This document shows positions 28,505-42,300 of a DNA stretch of 64,000 nt, one piece after another (position 1 is the first letter of the stretch; the number at the start of each line of letters is the position of its first letter). Source of the DNA: Adineta vaga (taxonomy: Eukaryota > Animalia > Rotifera); assembly GCA_021613535.1 (NCBI GenBank), contig CP075495.1:3038001-3102000 (forward strand). Reading direction: 5' to 3'. Below the pieces are notes generated by a model. That model made no database searches and was not told the DNA's origin. It saw nothing but the letters and a program-made list of their open reading frames with translations. Both the position numbers and the translations under genes were made by a program.

Positions 28505-28944
28505 ATGACGACAAATAAGAATGATCTCAATTGTGAGACTCCGAAAGATATGTATGTAAAACTAATCTCATCCGATGGACATGAATTCTATATAAAACGT
28601 GATTTGGCTCTTATGTCTCAAACAATTCGAGCCATGCTAAGTGGACCCGGTTTGTGTTTCGTAGATTTCTCTTCAATTCAATACCTTTCCTTCTAGGACA
28701 ATATGCTGAAAACGAAACAAATATTATTCATTTTCGAAGTATTAGTTCACAAGTATAAAATTTTTGTCAAAATCAATTTTCCTATGTTAGATATCTTGTA
28801 ATTTCTTAGGTTTTAGCACGTATTTGTTCATATTTTGCATACAAAGCTCGATATTCCAATTCTGCTATTGAAATACCTGAATTTCCAATTGCACCGGAAA
28901 ATGCTTTGGAAATACTTATGGCCGCCAATTTTCTCGATTGTTAA
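28505..28944 (+). CDS. ELOC: Elongin C
   Basis: Exons 28505-28649, 28697-28752, 28810-28944: [17 protein letters not shown]...[18 protein letters not shown]...[23 protein letters not shown]. Confidence 0.96.
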
Positions 28945-31466
28945 GCTGAAATATTAGTCATTAAAGATCTATTTTAACCATCTCACAGTATAGTCAATAA
29001 TTACATGTATATGTATCTGTTTGTTTTGTCTTTTTGTGCACAACAAATACTCATAAAGTTTCAAATCATTTAAATAATGATTACAATTACAGTTCTGTTT
29101 TTGTTCTTTCAATTAATTAAATAAATATATAATTTAATTATTCGATCTTTCCTTTTTTTGAGAATTTGAAAATCTCTGATTATCTCTCTATAAATAAAAG
29201 ACTATTTCAAGAAAACTTTCCCTTATTTCATACATCAATAAGTACATGACAATATCGTAATGTAGCTCATTATATTATTCTGTTATTTAGTTGCTATGGT
29301 ATCGTCTTTTTTCTTTGCCTCAATATGGTAGACATGCTAAACATACGTATCCATTTTTTTTTCCACACAATTTCCATGTTAACAGATGAAAAGTTGAGAA
29401 AAATCATAGAATAATATCTAACTATCGAGTTCTTAGACTTTTACGATGTTGAAAATAGTTTCTACATGTTCATATTCTAATTACATCTTTAAGTGTATAC
29501 AAACAAGAATTGTTTCCCAAAAGATATCCCAACTCTCCAAACACATCTGATTTCAAATGCATAATCTCACTACAATTCCCACATTGTATACACATCACTT
29601 GAGAATTATACAATCATCATCATTCCACGTTTTTCCCTTTCCTGTATTGTACATTTTGCTTAACATTCTCATCAAGTTGTTGGCAACTATAACATATTGA
29701 GCTGATTTCACTTTTTTTTTTTGAAACAAAAAAGTCACATTATTTCTCAATGAATAAAAGTCATTGACAATAACAACAAAAACAGAACAATCTATTTTAA
29801 TCACAATAATAGCAATAACATTTAAATGTATTTCTCTCTATCTGTCCGCCTTCACTCTGCTCTTTGCGGCTCATTAATTCTTTACATAGAAGTACGACGA
29901 CGACGACGACGACTGAATCGAGAATGTCATTTTCAGATTGATGATGATATTAAGAGATCACAAATCGATTGTAGATTTCATCGAAAATATAAACAAATCT
30001 CTTCATGGAATGAAATATCACATCATTAGTTATCACACAATGTTCAAGCTTCGGATAGGTTTAATTCACGATTCTTTTCTCTAAGTTATTACAAAGACAG
30101 TCTTCATTTTTACATATATACAAACAAATGCAAGTCTGAAGAGTATGAATATATGCATAAACATGTACATAGTTGATTTTATCGAATGATCGGCACGTAG
30201 ACATAATCAATGATCGATCAAATCGAATGTTACAAGAAAGAGAAATATCTTGTTCAACTGATTGTTCACGTGCGAATAACTTATTCTATTTAATCATCAT
30301 CTTTGCCTCGATATGTTAGATTATATAATCATATCGATAAACTAACTCCTAGCATAAACAAGACACGCATGGTTACTATTTATCAATAGCACTTTACTAA
30401 ATACATTTCTTTGTTTCACTAGAATAGTCATTCTTCAAATCGATTGTTCAATTTTGCAACATTGAGACATTCAAAACGATTTACTGACAATAGAATATAC
30501 ATTAATCATGCACGTACGCAAACGCTCGTTATAGAACAATGAAAATGGTTAACTATACATATGTATATACACATTTGATTAGATTTGAGACTCAATAAAT
30601 CAACCTTGAGATAGACTAGTTAATTGATGAGACAGCTGGTTTTCGAAGAAAAGAATTTCTTTCTATTCTCATTTGATATAATCATCATCTTCTGACTTAG
30701 ATGAAAGATCGAACTTCTAAAAGACGACTATAATCAATCATGTATCGATATCTTTGATCAATGATTAGTTCCTATAATCATCAGGAATTGCAAGGCATAT
30801 GTCATTAAATCGACAAATTCATTTGAAATGGTTCATTGAAACAATACCAAGGACAAGTCAATCATCATTGAACAAATCTTAGTCATACAATATCATTATA
30901 TTTCTTTTCTTCACACTTGTCAATATATCATTAAAAGAGAAAGAACCATCAAATTGAATTCTACTTCTAATCATCATCAAAAAAAAGGAACAAAGAAAAA
31001 TAGTGATTGTTCTCGTCTATTTTTTCCTTTAAATGTTCACAATCAATCAAATCTGTATTCTTTGTTTACAGCATATATACATTTTACAAGCTCATAGAAG
31101 TATGACAAATGAAAAAAGAAAATTTTTAGAATGATTGACCAACGAACGGAAGACTTATATATGCAATTGACCTTTCTAATCGAGACAATACTACTGATCT
31201 ATTGATTTTTGCTCTTCGCCATCGATACATCGAATAAGTAAATGACGTGCGTTTCTTTAAGATGTTTGCCTATCGTCGCTAAATATACATACATAATACT
31301 ATACAACACCCATGCTCAGCTCAAATTTCAGATTGACAACTAACATCAACGAGAAGAGAAAAAAAGAAGCATTATCGATCACATACAATTCTTGTTGTTG
31401 TTGTTGTTTTTACATTCGAAAGTTTATTAAAAAGAAAAGCAAAATATGTATAGATTTAGATTGTTT

Positions 31467-32195
31467 CTACACCATATCATCATTTGGTTGTCGTTTTCCA
31501 TGATAGAAATGATATGGTTGATCATTATTAAGTTCAATACTATGAGAAGACATGCTCGGATAGATATTCATTGGTTGATCAGCAGCAATAAGAAAATCTT
31601 TCCAATCATTAAAATAAATATCTGATGGTATTCGACCTGATGTTGATGATGAACTTGCTGTTGATGATGGAGCTATTGTTGTCGTCGTTAATGTATCTCG
31701 AGTTTGTTGATGAGATAATGGAGATTTATTATTTAAACGTGAATGATAATCATGAAGAAAGAATTGATGATGTGGAGGTGAAAATGGAAAATGATCGACA
31801 AGTAAAGTAGTTTTTGTTGCATGTTTTTCTTGATGTTTTCGTCGATTTTTTTGATTTCGATGACGAGACCAAAAACATATACTTATAAAGATTAATAAGA
31901 ATACAATAATAGTTATCAGAATACAGATTAAAAGAATAGGTAATGTTAATAGGGATGAAGATTTTCGATCGTTGAAAAGCAATGATGTTTCACTTGTTGC
32001 ATAAGAATTTAATAGATTAGATGATGAAGAAGAAGTTTTATGAAAATTTTCTACTGTACAACAATAACGATGAGAATCAGATTCGCAACAGATTTGAATT
32101 TGACCAGCTAATGGTGGACATTCAAAACCATTATTCCATACGCCGATTGAGTCCAAAAAACCTGGACAGCTTGTTCTCTGATCATCGGGATTCAT
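31467..32195 (-). CDS. Shisa-like single-pass membrane protein (SHISAL2/FAM159-like, no signal peptide)
   Basis: Six-Cys domain CPGFLDSIGVWNNGFECP...ICCESDSHRYCC, one TM segment (LPILLICILITIIVFLLIFISICFW), a basic juxtamembrane stretch and a Pro/Ser-rich tail. Confidence 0.85.
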   Translation of the reverse strand: MNPDDQRTSCPGFLDSIGVWNNGFECPPLAGQIQICCESDSHRYCCTVENFHKTSSSSSNLLNSYATSETSLLFNDRKSSSLLTLPILLICILITIIVFLLIFISICFWSRHRNQKNRRKHQEKHATKTTLLVDHFPFSPPHHQFFLHDYHSRLNNKSPLSHQQTRDTLTTTTIAPSSTASSSSTSGRIPSDIYFNDWKDFLIAADQPMNIYPSMSSHSIELNNDQPYHFYHGKRQPNDDMV

Positions 32196-35100
32196 AATTC
32201 TTTAGAAACAAAACGAAAATATTAATAACAACAACATCAAATAATTAGATCATCGAAAGTGTCAACTTACCAGTCGACTTGTATTACATACAAAACTTAT
32301 TGTTTCTCTTCTATTGAAATGATTAGATGAAAAGAATCTGAAACGAAGAGAATAACAGAAGAATGATACACAGCGAGAAAAGAAGAGAAGAGAAGAAAAA
32401 TATATGTTCGACAAACATCTCTCTCTCTCTCTTTCTCTGTTCTTTTCTCTTCTACCGTTCTCATCTTATGTAGATGCAGATCATCATTACCGATCGTATC
32501 AAGCAAGCAAAAAAAAGTCGAACATGAAGAGTTATTAAATAAGGAAGATCATCTCAATATTTTAATGCTTCTTGTATGACAATAGAACTAATCAATCGAT
32601 TCTATTAGACTATTCACATAGTAGGAAAAAAGAACTTCCTACACATATCATTTATCTGATAAATACAAACAAATAAACAAAAACGGGAGCAAAAGATATA
32701 GAAACGCCCCACACAAAAATGCAATACATAAGCATGTCGTAACGATTAACTTTCAATTTTGCCCCATATGTCCATATATCCTTCTTTAGCCTATTGGATT
32801 CTAATGGTATCGTTTATCTCAAAGTTGATTGACACCAAAAGTCGAACTAGGATTAGATCGTCATTCAGATCATAATGAGAAAGAAAAAAGAACTATGTTC
32901 TTTACCTTTCTCTCTCTTTTTTTTCTCATTCATACATTTTTTTGCTACTCTCTTTTTAATCACATCTAACCTTGATAAATGGTATTAAAACGTGAGAATA
33001 GAAGGAGAAAAAAAGAAAGATTTTCATTGTCAATCACCCTCTCATAACTATTACATATTCATTCCACTGCTGAACTAACTTATTCGTCGTCCATTACTTT
33101 CAAGCATCTGTATGTGCACATTTGATAAGAAGAAAAAAGTGCCCAATGACTTACATATGTTGTTGCTGTCATCATCATCATCATCAACTTGGAAAAGGAC
33201 TATATGCATGTGATATACTCTCTGGGATAGAAGCATACGTCGTTAATGAGCTTCTCTTCATCAACATCGTGTAACATGTTGAACATAGTCTCACCATTAT
33301 CATAGTTCGGATATAAAGGGCATCTAGAGTAATCATGGAAAAAACAACAAAAAACAACAACAATATCAACAGTAGTACCATCCTATTCATTATGTAACAA
33401 ATGATTCATTAAGCTGTGGAATTGTTCATTCTCTCGACTTAGCGCTAATGATGAACTTTGCTTACTCGACTATAATCGCACAATGACAAGCAATGTCTAC
33501 TTGTGACAAGCACGTTAATGAGTCTTGTTGTGATTCCGATTTTCCTATGTAATAAATAAGAAGAACATAGAGAAGAAAGAAAAAGTAGTGCCTGTACATG
33601 ATTAGTGCTAGGCACATGGACATGGAGCTTTTACATAATGACACAGACGAATGCACAGCTGGATTCTGCTCTCTACATTTGTCTGCGAACACATTATGAA
33701 ATCTAGCAGATCAGTGTGAACAATGAGACAACTAGAAATATGCACCATAAGGTGATCTACCATGTACATGTGTAAACTAACTACCTGTATATAATCATAA
33801 TACCCCCTGTACATAACAGTAAATATCACCTTCGGTTCTATAAAAATAGAATCGATAAGAAAAAAAGATACATATTCTATTGTCTTGTTATGTTATTCTC
33901 AAGTATTTAACAGAACGATAATCGTCACCTTTGCCTTTTCTTTTAAGTTGATCATTTGCTTTGATGATGTCAATTTCAACAATATAAATTTTATGTTATC
34001 ATCGGTCATTATGATTTCTGTTAATTGATTAGAACAATATGACAATACTTTATCGTTTGATACGATGAGAAAGAAATCGTGTTGTTCTCGCATATTTATA
34101 TATATATATATATTCATGCCATCGTTAGTTTCAATTGACGAAAATATTGTCGAGAAAAATCTGTTACTTAGCAGATGTTAACGTTTATAGATATACATAG
34201 ATGAATGTCCTTTTGTTGAAAAGGTTATCAAGTGTTTTTAGATATATTCTATTTATTGCCACATTTAATTAGTCAACGCTAGTAATAAGGATCTCTTTTT
34301 TTTACATATACAATTTTTATTCAACGAAATAATTCATGGGAAACTCTCATTATTCTCTTTTTTTTCAAATAGAATATCTGACAAATTACTCTTAGGAATT
34401 ACGATCTATTATATAGAACTAGGATAATTATTTCAATGAATCAATTCGATAAAAAGACATATTATAACTTCTCATTTTATCTTATCTATTCGTTCAAAGA
34501 GAAAATTTTTTGTCTTTCTTCTTGAAATTCAAGAGAAATATTTGTTAGAAAAATGAATTGTTTCCAGATGATAAAACTTCTTTCTTCTTACCTTTCTTTC
34601 CTTCAATCAAACAATCAATGAAGTGCAAATCATAACCGTTCCAATCTTTAATAACATTTTCCTCTCTTTTTATAGACATATTTAAAAGAAATAGCGGCAT
34701 CGACAATGTCGGCTAACATCCAGACATACTTCAAAAGTTCAATCGATAATTGGTGTACTCTTCAAACATTCAATCTCTTGTTGCTTTTTTCTATCGCATT
34801 CACTTTCTTCTATTTCCTGTTGATTTATGTTCAACTGATAACTGATCTCTCTCTCTCCGTTTCGTTGTATCATCAACCGCATGATCAAAAAATGCAAACT
34901 TGCCGCAGCTGAAACAATAACTAGGATATATTCATAAAACTCAACATGTAACAACGAAAAAAAACCAAAAAAAAATGAAAAACAGAAAAAACAAATAAGA
35001 AAACAAAACGAGAGGTGATATTAGTAATGAGTATGCAATAAGATAAGAAAAAAAAAATGAACACTGTTGGTTATGTGTTGAATAGGTATGTTGTACAATA

Positions 35101-36374
35101 TAACTCTTCAAGACAAGCAGGTACAAAAAAAATCCACCATTGATAGCGCGAATATAGGATAAATATTTTCTTTTTTCTTCTTCTGTGTGCATATTTGAAA
35201 GAAACAAGAGAACAAAAATAAGCTACGTTACAAAGCACAATCACAATCACAGTACAAAACAAACGAGAAGAAAAAAAAAGACATAATTACTTTAGATTTG
35301 TTGCTAAATACACGAAACAATATATAAATACTCTGACTTGACTTTTTTTTGTTTTGTTTGGTAAGATAGAATTCTATAGACGAACACGAGAAATAACAAC
35401 AACAATAGTAATAAATGGAAGAGAATATGAAAAGACATGAATATAGATTAGTACACAGAAGAGTAAAATGTTTAGTATTTTGTTTTTTGATCATACGCAC
35501 GCACACGGTTTAGAAATACAAGAATGCTTTTTTTTTTGTTTTGATCGATCAAAAAGTAAGAAATGCCGATGAGTTGTATTAATACTGAGAAAAACCACGA
35601 TAAAAAATATAAATAAATAGATACGACATTGAAAAATATAATCGAATATAAACAGGCTCTTTACTGGGTGACGTACAAATATGTATAATGTAAGTGGTAG
35701 AAGGAATGGATATTAGTAAGTACTATGTACAGGCACAAAGGCCAGACAAAGTTAGGTTAAACAAAACTATATACAGTTAAAACAAGAAGAAGAAGAACAA
35801 AAGTGAATCTTTCCCGGTTTACAGATAGAGCGACAGTGATCTGATTGTCGCAGCAAGAGTATTTTAGCAATAGAGACATGTATAAAAAGAAAACAAATCA
35901 TAACAAATCTACTAACCACAAAAATAACAAACAAAAAAAAAGTTAAGGGAAAAATTAAAAAAGAAAGAAAGAAAACGAAAAAGTTGACAACAAATAACAA
36001 AACAACAAGATAATAGTGATCATTTAAAAAAAGAAAGTTTTAACAAACAACAAACAATGATTTCTACATATCTTTGTTCTAATGGAGAATTTCGTCTTCG
36101 GCTTCTCTTGTGTTTCCATAGATATTTCTGGTTTTCTGATGTTCGATTAAACAACAAAGAAAAAAAACAAACAAAATCTTTCCTTAGATGATAGCACATT
36201 AGTGTGCACATGCGCGTCAAGTTTTCAAAGAGAAAAAGAACAATGAGCTACACAGCAAGCATTAGTGGTAATAGCAAGGTGGAGACTAGATAGATGAGGA
36301 AATATAAAGGTGAAGAGATAAAGATTAGCAAAAGAAAAACTTAATGAAATGAAATTAAACGATCTTCTTTTCTT

Positions 36375-39300
36375 TTAATACCCATTGCTTGTAATTGGTG
36401 TTGATAAAGTCAATGCATGTTCATCATGACCATTGAGAAATGATGGTGATGCACATTCACCAGCAAGTAATTGACTACTATTTGGTGTTGTTGATGACGA
36501 TGATATTGGTGATGATGGATCCGTATTATTTCCATTCATTCCATTATTCATTAATGATGGCGTCATTAAATATCGATAAACATAGATACGATAATCTTTA
36601 CTTGCAAGAACAACACTTCCATCATCAGTCAATGCAACATCAAAACATTGAGCATGTTTTACTTTCGATTCTAATGCGTTGATTAATTGACCATCTAAAA
36701 TAATGTAAACAGTGATATTATTTTTTTTAAATGAGACTTATTATTTCCTTACCTTGAGTAAATATCGTTAAATTAAAATTATTATGATTGTCAGCAATTA
36801 ATACATCACCTTGACTATTTTGTACTACACCAATGGGATAATTAGTTATACCTTCGGAACCAATTGTACGTAAGAATTGTCCATCATAAGAGAAGACTTT
36901 AATACAATGAGCACGATTATCCGATATAAAGATTTCTTGTTTATCATTACAACAAACACCATTGGGAAATTCCAAATATTTTGAACATGTAAATTTATTT
37001 AATACATTACCATTGATATCAAAAATAAAGACACGCATTACTTTACATTCAACAACAATTATGTGACCCATATTATCAACACAAACACCTAGAAAACATT
37101 AAAAACTATGTTTTTAGAAAAAAAAGAAATATTTAATCAAGATTATTTTCATACCACGTGGATGTTGTAAAACATTGGCACCAAATTTACGTATAAATTG
37201 TCCATATTGATTATAAATTTGTATTTGATGTGTTGGACTACGTTCGGTAACAACAATATCACCTGATTGACGAAATACTGCAACACGATTAGGATATAAT
37301 AATTGTCCATCACGTTTTCCACATTCACCAAATTGAAAACGAAAACGTCCTAGAATATATTTATGTACAGATATGAACTTTCTACTTAAAATAAGTATCA
37401 AATAAAATCACAACTGTTTTAAATTACTGATAACGAAAAATTTCAATCATTAAAATCGAACTTTATCTTTGGATATTATTCTTACCATTTGAATCAAAGA
37501 TTTGTATACGATGATTATTTGTATCAGCAACAATAATATCACCTTGACCATTAACAGCTACACCTGATGGTTCAGTAAATTGTCCTTCTAAAACACCGAA
37601 TTCTCCAAATTTTTGATGATAGATCATTTTATGACGTTTGATTGTCGAACCATTTGAACGCGATGGTAAAAGAAGATGATGAGGAATTGATGAATATCCA
37701 TCAAGTGAATCAACAAGATCAACACCTGAATCTTGTCCATTAAGATTACCATTTCCACTACCAAGACCACCATTGCTTGATGTTAATGAACTTGAAAGTT
37801 GTTGTTGTTGTTGTTGTTGCGATAACGATTGTGCTGGTAATTGTGACCCATTCGACCATAATTCATATGGATTGATATCAATTGCATTTGACGAGAGCGA
37901 AAAATTCAATGGTGTCGATGTTGATAGATTGGGAAATTTTGATATTGATGATGGTGGTAAACTACACGATAACATATCAATACCATTTAAAAGATGATTT
38001 GTATTTGTTTGTTGTTGTTGTTGAACGGATTTTGTTGGACTAAGTGCCATCATATTTGTTTGATTTTGATGATGATTATGATTAAGACAAGAATTAATTG
38101 TTGATGGTGGACCGATAATCTTACTGAAATTATCATTAGTTAACTAGAAGAAAAAACAACATGTCAAAAAAAGAGAATTCTAGTCTCTCTTGAGATTTGG
38201 ATCATTCGTTCATTTTTCTTTTCTTTGTTCTTCAAAGCAAATAATATTCTCTCAAGAGATTTTAAGAATGAAAAGTCAAATAGTAATTCTCAATAGAATA
38301 TCTCGTCTAATCAAATATATTTTCTTCAAAAACTTCTTCTTTTTTTCAACTAAACCTCGAAAAAAGTTGCACTAATTGAAACGAATTTGATTAATTAATC
38401 TCTACTGCAAGATTTCAAGATAAACTCCAGATCATACATTTGTTTTCACTCAATGTTTTGGAACATGAAATTTCTATTAAAATATTCTTCAAACAGATTC
38501 TGGTTTGTTCTTTGTTAAATAAAATATTAGAAATAGAATTGTGATTAATTAATGATTGCCATGTTAGAAGAAGAGAAAAAAAAATGAGTGAAGTCAGGAT
38601 TTCCGTCTTTGATTATTAAAGAAGGAACGACCTTCATCTCGTCAAAGAAATTTGATAAGAACGGTATCGAATGATGCAACTGTCACTTTAACTATGATAT
38701 AAAACAACTGTTTTTCTTCCTTGATACTATTCAAGTATAGAATTACGTTCTTTGTTCGGAAATTGAAAAAGAAAAGTTAAATGAATTTCTTACTTTTTGT
38801 GGGCGTGGTTTAAAATGATTATTCTAAAGAAAATGGAGACAATTTGATTAGTCATTTTCTTTGTATTCTAATGAAATTTACCGAAGCGGATGTTTCTGGT
38901 GATGATCGAACATATCCAAATGTATTCCGTATACCATTTTGAATTGCCTAGGAAAAAAAAGAATCTTTAGGTTTTATCAGTTCTATTTATCAAATCTTTA
39001 CTTGAAAATTCGAAACAAATTCCAGTTCAAATGCTGATGTTTGTCCAAGTGTGTCTGGTATTGTTTGAACAAGTGAATTGAATTTATTTTCGAGTTGTTT
39101 TTTAAACATCAATATTTCTGTTGTTGATGAATTTTTAAATAATCGATCAGAAAATTCCAATGGCTAAATATATAGAAATAGAAAAACAAAAGTATAAATC
39201 AATTTTTTCTATTTACTAAATTAGCACGTTCAACTGCGTCATCAATTTTTTGCATTTGATTCGTTAACATTGTTTGTTTTTCATTAAATGTATTGTCTAA

Positions 39301-42300
39301 CTCCTAGATTAGTAATTCAATTTATAAAAATTAATTTTTTTCTATATAGGAAGAAAAAGAACGTTTACTTTTATTAATTCATGTTTTCGATCATCAATTA
39401 ATTGTCGATAGAATGTATATGTTTCATTGATATCATGTTGGGCTTTATTATATTGTGTCTAAAAATAAAACGAACAAGTGTAAATGAATTCATCAAATTT
39501 TTTTTTGTCTTACTTGTAATTGACTATAAGATCGATCGACCGTCTTTTGTGAATGTCTTAAATCATTCAAACGTTGTCGAGTATTTTCTACCATATTCTG
39601 TAATTTTGCTACTTGATGCGAGCCTAAATTAAGAAAAGATCATCAACTATTATTAATGACCTTTAGAGATATATGTTCTTTACCTGCGTCATTTAATGGA
39701 ACAAATTCATGCCCAGCAGGTCCATGATCTGTTGTTGTACATGTCGAACAAACTATGAAGAGAGAGAGAAGAAAGAAAATTTCAATTTATTGAATAAAAG
39801 TCATAAAAGAAACGCATGATATTTACTTGGCATATTGCAAGTCGTACAAAAATATTTTAATGTTTCATTTTTATGATTAGAACAAAAGACTAAACGAAGA
39901 TCATTTCCATTTGAATCAAGTTCTTTTATATGAACAACCTAGGAAAGAAAAAATATATATATATATATATAGAAAATAATCAATTGATTACAATCGAAAA
40001 TAGGCTCACATTAATTCTATTGGAACTTAGAGAACAATCATTATTGATAATAGTACACATATTAGGATTCGTCGTTCTTAACGACTATTCTTATGATTTG
40101 ATGATCATCCACAACATCCAAAAAGAAGAAGAATGAAGGAAATGCGATTCTACTCGTTTCTTTTTGCCTCTGCAAAAATCTTCGAGACGAATGTAAAATA
40201 CATAGAAAAGAGAAAGGAAAGAAAAAGCACACGCTAGTAACATCATCAATTTTTAGTATATATATATATGCGTGTGTGTTAAGATGTTGCTTGAAAGGGA
40301 AGAAAAAGAGAAGGAAAAAATAGAAATCAGTGAGTCCCGTTGTCGAGAAGTTCATTTCGGTCGACGAACGTATTGTATTCTAGTTGCTTAGGGGCTCTCG
40401 TCTGCCTCTGTTCTCCTCCCTCTTCATTAGAATTCAATTTCTTTTTCTTTTTCTTCTTCTTCTTCTATTCTCGTTTTTTTCTCTTTATCTTATATTAGAT
40501 CCCTGGAAATGAGTTTCTTTCTTTGTCTCTTCTATTCTCCCTAAACAATATTCTTCATCAATGGATGATGATGGTAGTTTTAGTGGTTAGATAAAAAGAT
40601 GAACAAGAATCTTGTTGCATATCTTGATAGTTATGTACGCACGCACGAGCACTCTACCAACGATAATTATTTGGCCTAAAACACTAAATTTTCTTTCCTC
40701 TTCACGCCTCTATTACAAAGATACCCTTGGACTTCCTTCTCGTTTTCGTTAATGTTTATTCTAAGAACTACAGTTGTTAAAACATCCCAGTAATCAAACG
40801 TTGGCTAGCAAAAAAAGAAAAAGAAAGAGAAAAAGAAAAGGCGAAACGGAATTTGAGCATCTAAATGACACAAGAGAGGGGAGAGAGAGAAATACGATCC
40901 GATCGTAATAGAAATACAACATCGAATTGCTTGAATGCATCTCCAAAAAATTGATAGGAAATCAGCGAGATAAGAAGAAGAGAAAGAGAAAATAAGGCAA
41001 AATCTAACTAAATTATGGAAATGCATGCTCAGTAATTATTATTGAATTATGTATGTGTGTTGTATATATATATATGTTTAGTAAACGATGGCAATGAAGA
41101 TGAGAAAAGAAAAAGAAATCAATCAATTAGAATAAATATCGACGAACGAGAAAGAAAGAAAGAAACAAGTTGGCAAGAACTATGAATGAATTGATGAAAG
41201 AAAACAGGTTATGTCAAAAATGAATCAAATAACTAACTGCTAGATGAAGTCTTTTCTTCTGCTTCTTTACAACTTATCGAGAAAAAAAAAGAAAACCTAA
41301 TCAAAATTTTACTCTTTCAATTGATTGTTACTTACGCGATGACCTTCGAAACGATTCATTATTTGATGTGCACAAACACATTGATGGCAGAGGAAGCTCG
41401 AACATTGGAAGCATTTTGCAATAGCCATTGATTCTGAACCTTTACATGCTGTACAACTTTTTGTTGAATGTTCTCCTAATGGTAACATATAATCATTGGA
41501 AAGATTTCCTTGATGATTTTGTACAGTATAATCCGGTAAAATATCGCTGAGCATTGTTGTTAGACCACATTGTGGACAACAAATACTTGCATCATTATTT
41601 TTCGGTAATTTTTCTACACATGATTCACATAATGTATGGAAACATTGAAGAACTTGTGGTCGATTTTGTTTATATGCTTCTTGACAATGAGGACAATCCC
41701 AATAATTATAGTGATTTTCTTGATGTTGTAGTTGTTTATGAAAAAATGGTGATGATGAACTACAAGGATTATCGACATTTGTTGTCGAATGAATACTAGA
41801 TAAACTTGAACTAGGTGATGAAGTTGTTAAACCAGCTACTAATGATGTATGTGTTGATGGTTGATTTAACATCTGTTGCATTTTTTGATGTTGTAGCTGT
41901 TGCTGAGGTGGATGTTGTTGGGATTGAAGACTACGCATAATAGAAATTGATTGACTGCTTGTATTGTTTGTATGTTGTTGCAATGGTGGCGGTGGTGAGG
42001 ATGATGATGCATATGCTGAATCGGTAAATGAGAAAGCAGTCGATGAACCGTTGGAACTCGAACCTGAACCATCATGACTCAGACATGTTGGAAGAAGTGT
42101 ATTTGATGATATATCCGATGTTGGTGGGAATAGACCAAAGAATGGCGAATTCTAAATAGATATCAATGAAGATAAGCAATTGTCGATATACTTTTTATCT
42201 CAATTAAATGTGACAATGTACGAATGAACACTCAATAGTGTCTCGGCTGGGCCAAAGGTCATCATTTATATGTATATTTACATTTATATACAGATAGTTG

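Noticed and set aside
34706-36220. Phe/Leu-rich ORFs resembling membrane proteins
   Set aside because: Explained by the U-rich putative brat 3' UTR.
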